Assembly (NCBI GenBank): GCA_946965045.2
Contig: OX337231.1
Location: 2,728,001 to 2,792,000, forward strand
Source: Epithemia pelagica
Taxonomy: Eukaryota > Protista > Bacillariophyta
Reading direction: 5' to 3'
DNA: 64,000 nucleotides
Shown: positions 62,135 to 64,000 of the stretch, piece after piece
Numbering within the stretch: the stretch's first letter is position 1
How the letters are laid out: each line of letters starts with the position of its first letter
Made by a program: the position numbers and the translations under genes
The notes under the pieces: generated by a model
Databases searched by the model: none
What the model was told of the DNA's origin: nothing
What the model saw: only the letters and a program-made list of their open reading frames with translations

Positions 62135-64000
62135 TCAGGAAGAGCCCTCTCCTTGCGCCTTAGTTTTCTTGGATGGCAGTCGCGACTGAACATTCTTGAT
62201 CTGACTCTCCACTGCATCTGCTTTACGTTTGGCCTGCTGAGCCTCAGACAGAGCCTTCTTTACATCATCCAAGATGGGGTTGACGTCGTCGTGAAAACTC
62301 ACGACATCCAACAGGAAGTGCGTCAGCATGGGCCCCACCTTGGGATGATTTTTAAAATTATGCTCGAGAAAATCTTTCTGGAGTCGATAAGTTTGTAAGA
62401 CTGCCCACAATAGCTCCGGGGCTCGCTCCACACTGGTTGCTTGTGAAATGGCGATTTCACTGCAAGCGCGTCGAGGCTGGCTCAGAACCTCGAATACAAT
62501 TCGAGTGATGTTCTGTACCAAGTCCCAACGACGTTCTTCTGAAAGATTGGTATCGGACCCATAGTCCTCCACCTGGTCCTTCATATAGATAAACAAAGTA
62601 TCTAGAAAACGACGGGCCTCGGACAACAGACTCTTGGCGATGACCTTGGCTTCCCGAGACATCGGCGAATTCGATATGTCAGACAGAAAGGCAGAGTATT
62701 TTTCAGACATCATCGCCCGGATAGTGTTGGCTGCTCCGGAGTCTCGTGAACCCGACCCTTTGAATTTGGAATAGGTGTCAATCTTGGGGAGCTTGCTAGG
62801 GTTGTTCCTGGCTTGCTCAGGAGTTCCAGCCAATGCCGTCGGGGCAGTGAGCTGGAAGGAGTACAACACCTTCTGGTCCCCAGGTGACTCCATGTTCGAA
62901 CGGTGGCCCTCGTACTGGACCTTGACATTTTCCGAAAAGCTCTGCGAAACCAATGTTGATTTTTCCATGAGTCCGATTGGATCCACAAACTTGAGGATGT
63001 CTTTGGCCATGCTGTTTGAATTCACAAAGGCGGCGACTTGCGAGAGAGATGCGAATTTGAAACCTTCTATCTCGACCGTTTGATTTTCGGAGCGTGCTTC
63101 CAAATCGCTGAGCCGAGTGTTGTTTGACCGAGTCTCCTCTTCAAGTTGGCTAATGATCTTTTTGAAATTGCTTATATCCTGACTCGACAAATTAAACATG
63201 GACGTCGTTTGTCCGCCAGGTTCTCCCCCGGCCCGAATAGCAGCCGCTGTGGTTTTCCTGATATGATGCTCAAACTCGTTGAGCCCTCCCTTGAGGAAGA
63301 ACTTTTCGGCCACTTGCAGGGTAGGAGCAGAACGCGATAGTTCTTGCCAAATAATTCGATTGACCTGCTCGGTTATGAGCGCAACAACCTCTTTTCGGGA
63401 TGAGTGCATCGCTTCGGTCTTGATCATTTGAACCTTTCGATTCAAGTCATCGATGGAGTCGTACATTCGCTGAAAACTGGCTCCGTGTTTCTCTTGTGTC
63501 TCACTAATGGCAGCCAGCAAGCGAGGATCAAGGGATCCGAGTTCTGATTCGGGCGATTGGTCGTCGCTGATCGCTTGCCAAATTGTGGCGGCCTGAACTC
63601 CACTTGGTGGTGTGCCAATTATTCCATTGAGCACATTTATTTTGTCCACTAGCACATTGATTAGGTCTGTTTGTTCCTGTTGCCGAGTCCGCAACACCAA
63701 TACCTCATTCGTCAGTAGACGATGAGATTTCGCCACCGCCCGAGAATTCTGGATAACCATCGCTCGGAAAGTCTTGTCGTCCACGTCCGCTGGAATTGGG
63801 CGAGGCCCATTGTCTTCCTCGATGGGCGAAGGTACTTCAACTTGCTCCAACGCCAATCTCTTCGCGGGTGTAAAGGCGGCTCGTTGCGCTTGCTTCTGCA
63901 GTTGAGAGAGCGACTTCATGCGTAGCGGAGTGGAATCTCGCACAGCCGTCGCCTGCAGGTCGTGAGAGTCATCTTCCTCTCCATCCTCAGGAATGGTAGC
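62135..64000 (-). CDS. Gag-like ORF1 of the YR element (5' end outside the window)
   Basis: The frame is open to the window edge and coiled-coil rich; LWAVLQTYRLQKDFLEHNFKNHPKV resembles ORF1 of such elements. Confidence 0.7.
   Translation of the reverse strand, partial: ATIPEDGEEDDSHDLQATAVRDSTPLRMKSLSQLQKQAQRAAFTPAKRLALEQVEVPSPIEEDNGPRPIPADVDDKTFRAMVIQNSRAVAKSHRLLTNEVLVLRTRQQEQTDLINVLVDKINVLNGIIGTPPSGVQAATIWQAISDDQSPESELGSLDPRLLAAISETQEKHGASFQRMYDSIDDLNRKVQMIKTEAMHSSRKEVVALITEQVNRIIWQELSRSAPTLQVAEKFFLKGGLNEFEHHIRKTTAAAIRAGGEPGGQTTSMFNLSSQDISNFKKIISQLEEETRSNNTRLSDLEARSENQTVEIEGFKFASLSQVAAFVNSNSMAKDILKFVDPIGLMEKSTLVSQSFSENVKVQYEGHRSNMESPGDQKVLYSFQLTAPTALAGTPEQARNNPSKLPKIDTYSKFKGSGSRDSGAANTIRAMMSEKYSAFLSDISNSPMSREAKVIAKSLLSEARRFLDTLFIYMKDQVEDYGSDTNLSEERRWDLVQNITRIVFEVLSQPRRACSEIAISQATSVERAPELLWAVLQTYRLQKDFLEHNFKNHPKVGPMLTHFLLDVVSFHDDVNPILDDVKKALSEAQQAKRKADAVESQIKNVQSRLPSKKTKAQGEGSS

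Larger units (their letters stand above)
56400..64000 (-). mobile_element. Tyrosine-recombinase (DIRS-like) retrotransposon; 5' part outside the window, 3' boundary approximate, probably inactivated
   Basis: Gag-like ORF, RT, RNase H, DIRS MT-like segment and tyrosine recombinase in this order on the minus strand; internal TGA codons. Confidence 0.9.

Overview
Eukaryotic nuclear DNA, most likely from a pennate diatom. This rests on short 60-100 nt GT-AG introns, compact gene spacing, a CoDi-type Ty1/copia element, diatom-style bZIPs and a bipartite plastid-targeted SET protein. About 25 host genes can be reconstructed. They include a phage-type (T7-like) organellar RNA polymerase that the ORF track misses, RsfS/MALSU1, Nup160, Bud20/ZNF593, RPA43, NUFIP1, amidophosphoribosyltransferase and a Rubisco-LSMT-like gene. 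Three accessory blocks interrupt them. (1) About 6.4-11.85 kb: a lower-GC, repeat-bracketed putative mobile cassette with a TET/JBP-like 2OG-Fe(II) dioxygenase gene convergent with a degraded repeat-Ulp1 protease-CXC gene; no transposase core is visible. (2) 28227-35257: a very young, apparently intact copia element with 174-bp LTRs differing at one base. It has a non-CCA, half-tRNA-type PBS, a tRNA-derived A-box/B-box cassette in its leader, and gag and pol in one frame separated by a single TGA. (3) About 56.4 kb to the window end: a tyrosine-recombinase (DIRS-like) retrotransposon whose gag, RT, RNase H and YR regions lie in one reading frame broken only by TGA codons. An unexplained foldback of inverted 10-bp arrays sits at 56.0-56.3 kb. 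All domain calls come from motif recognition by eye; no database search was run.
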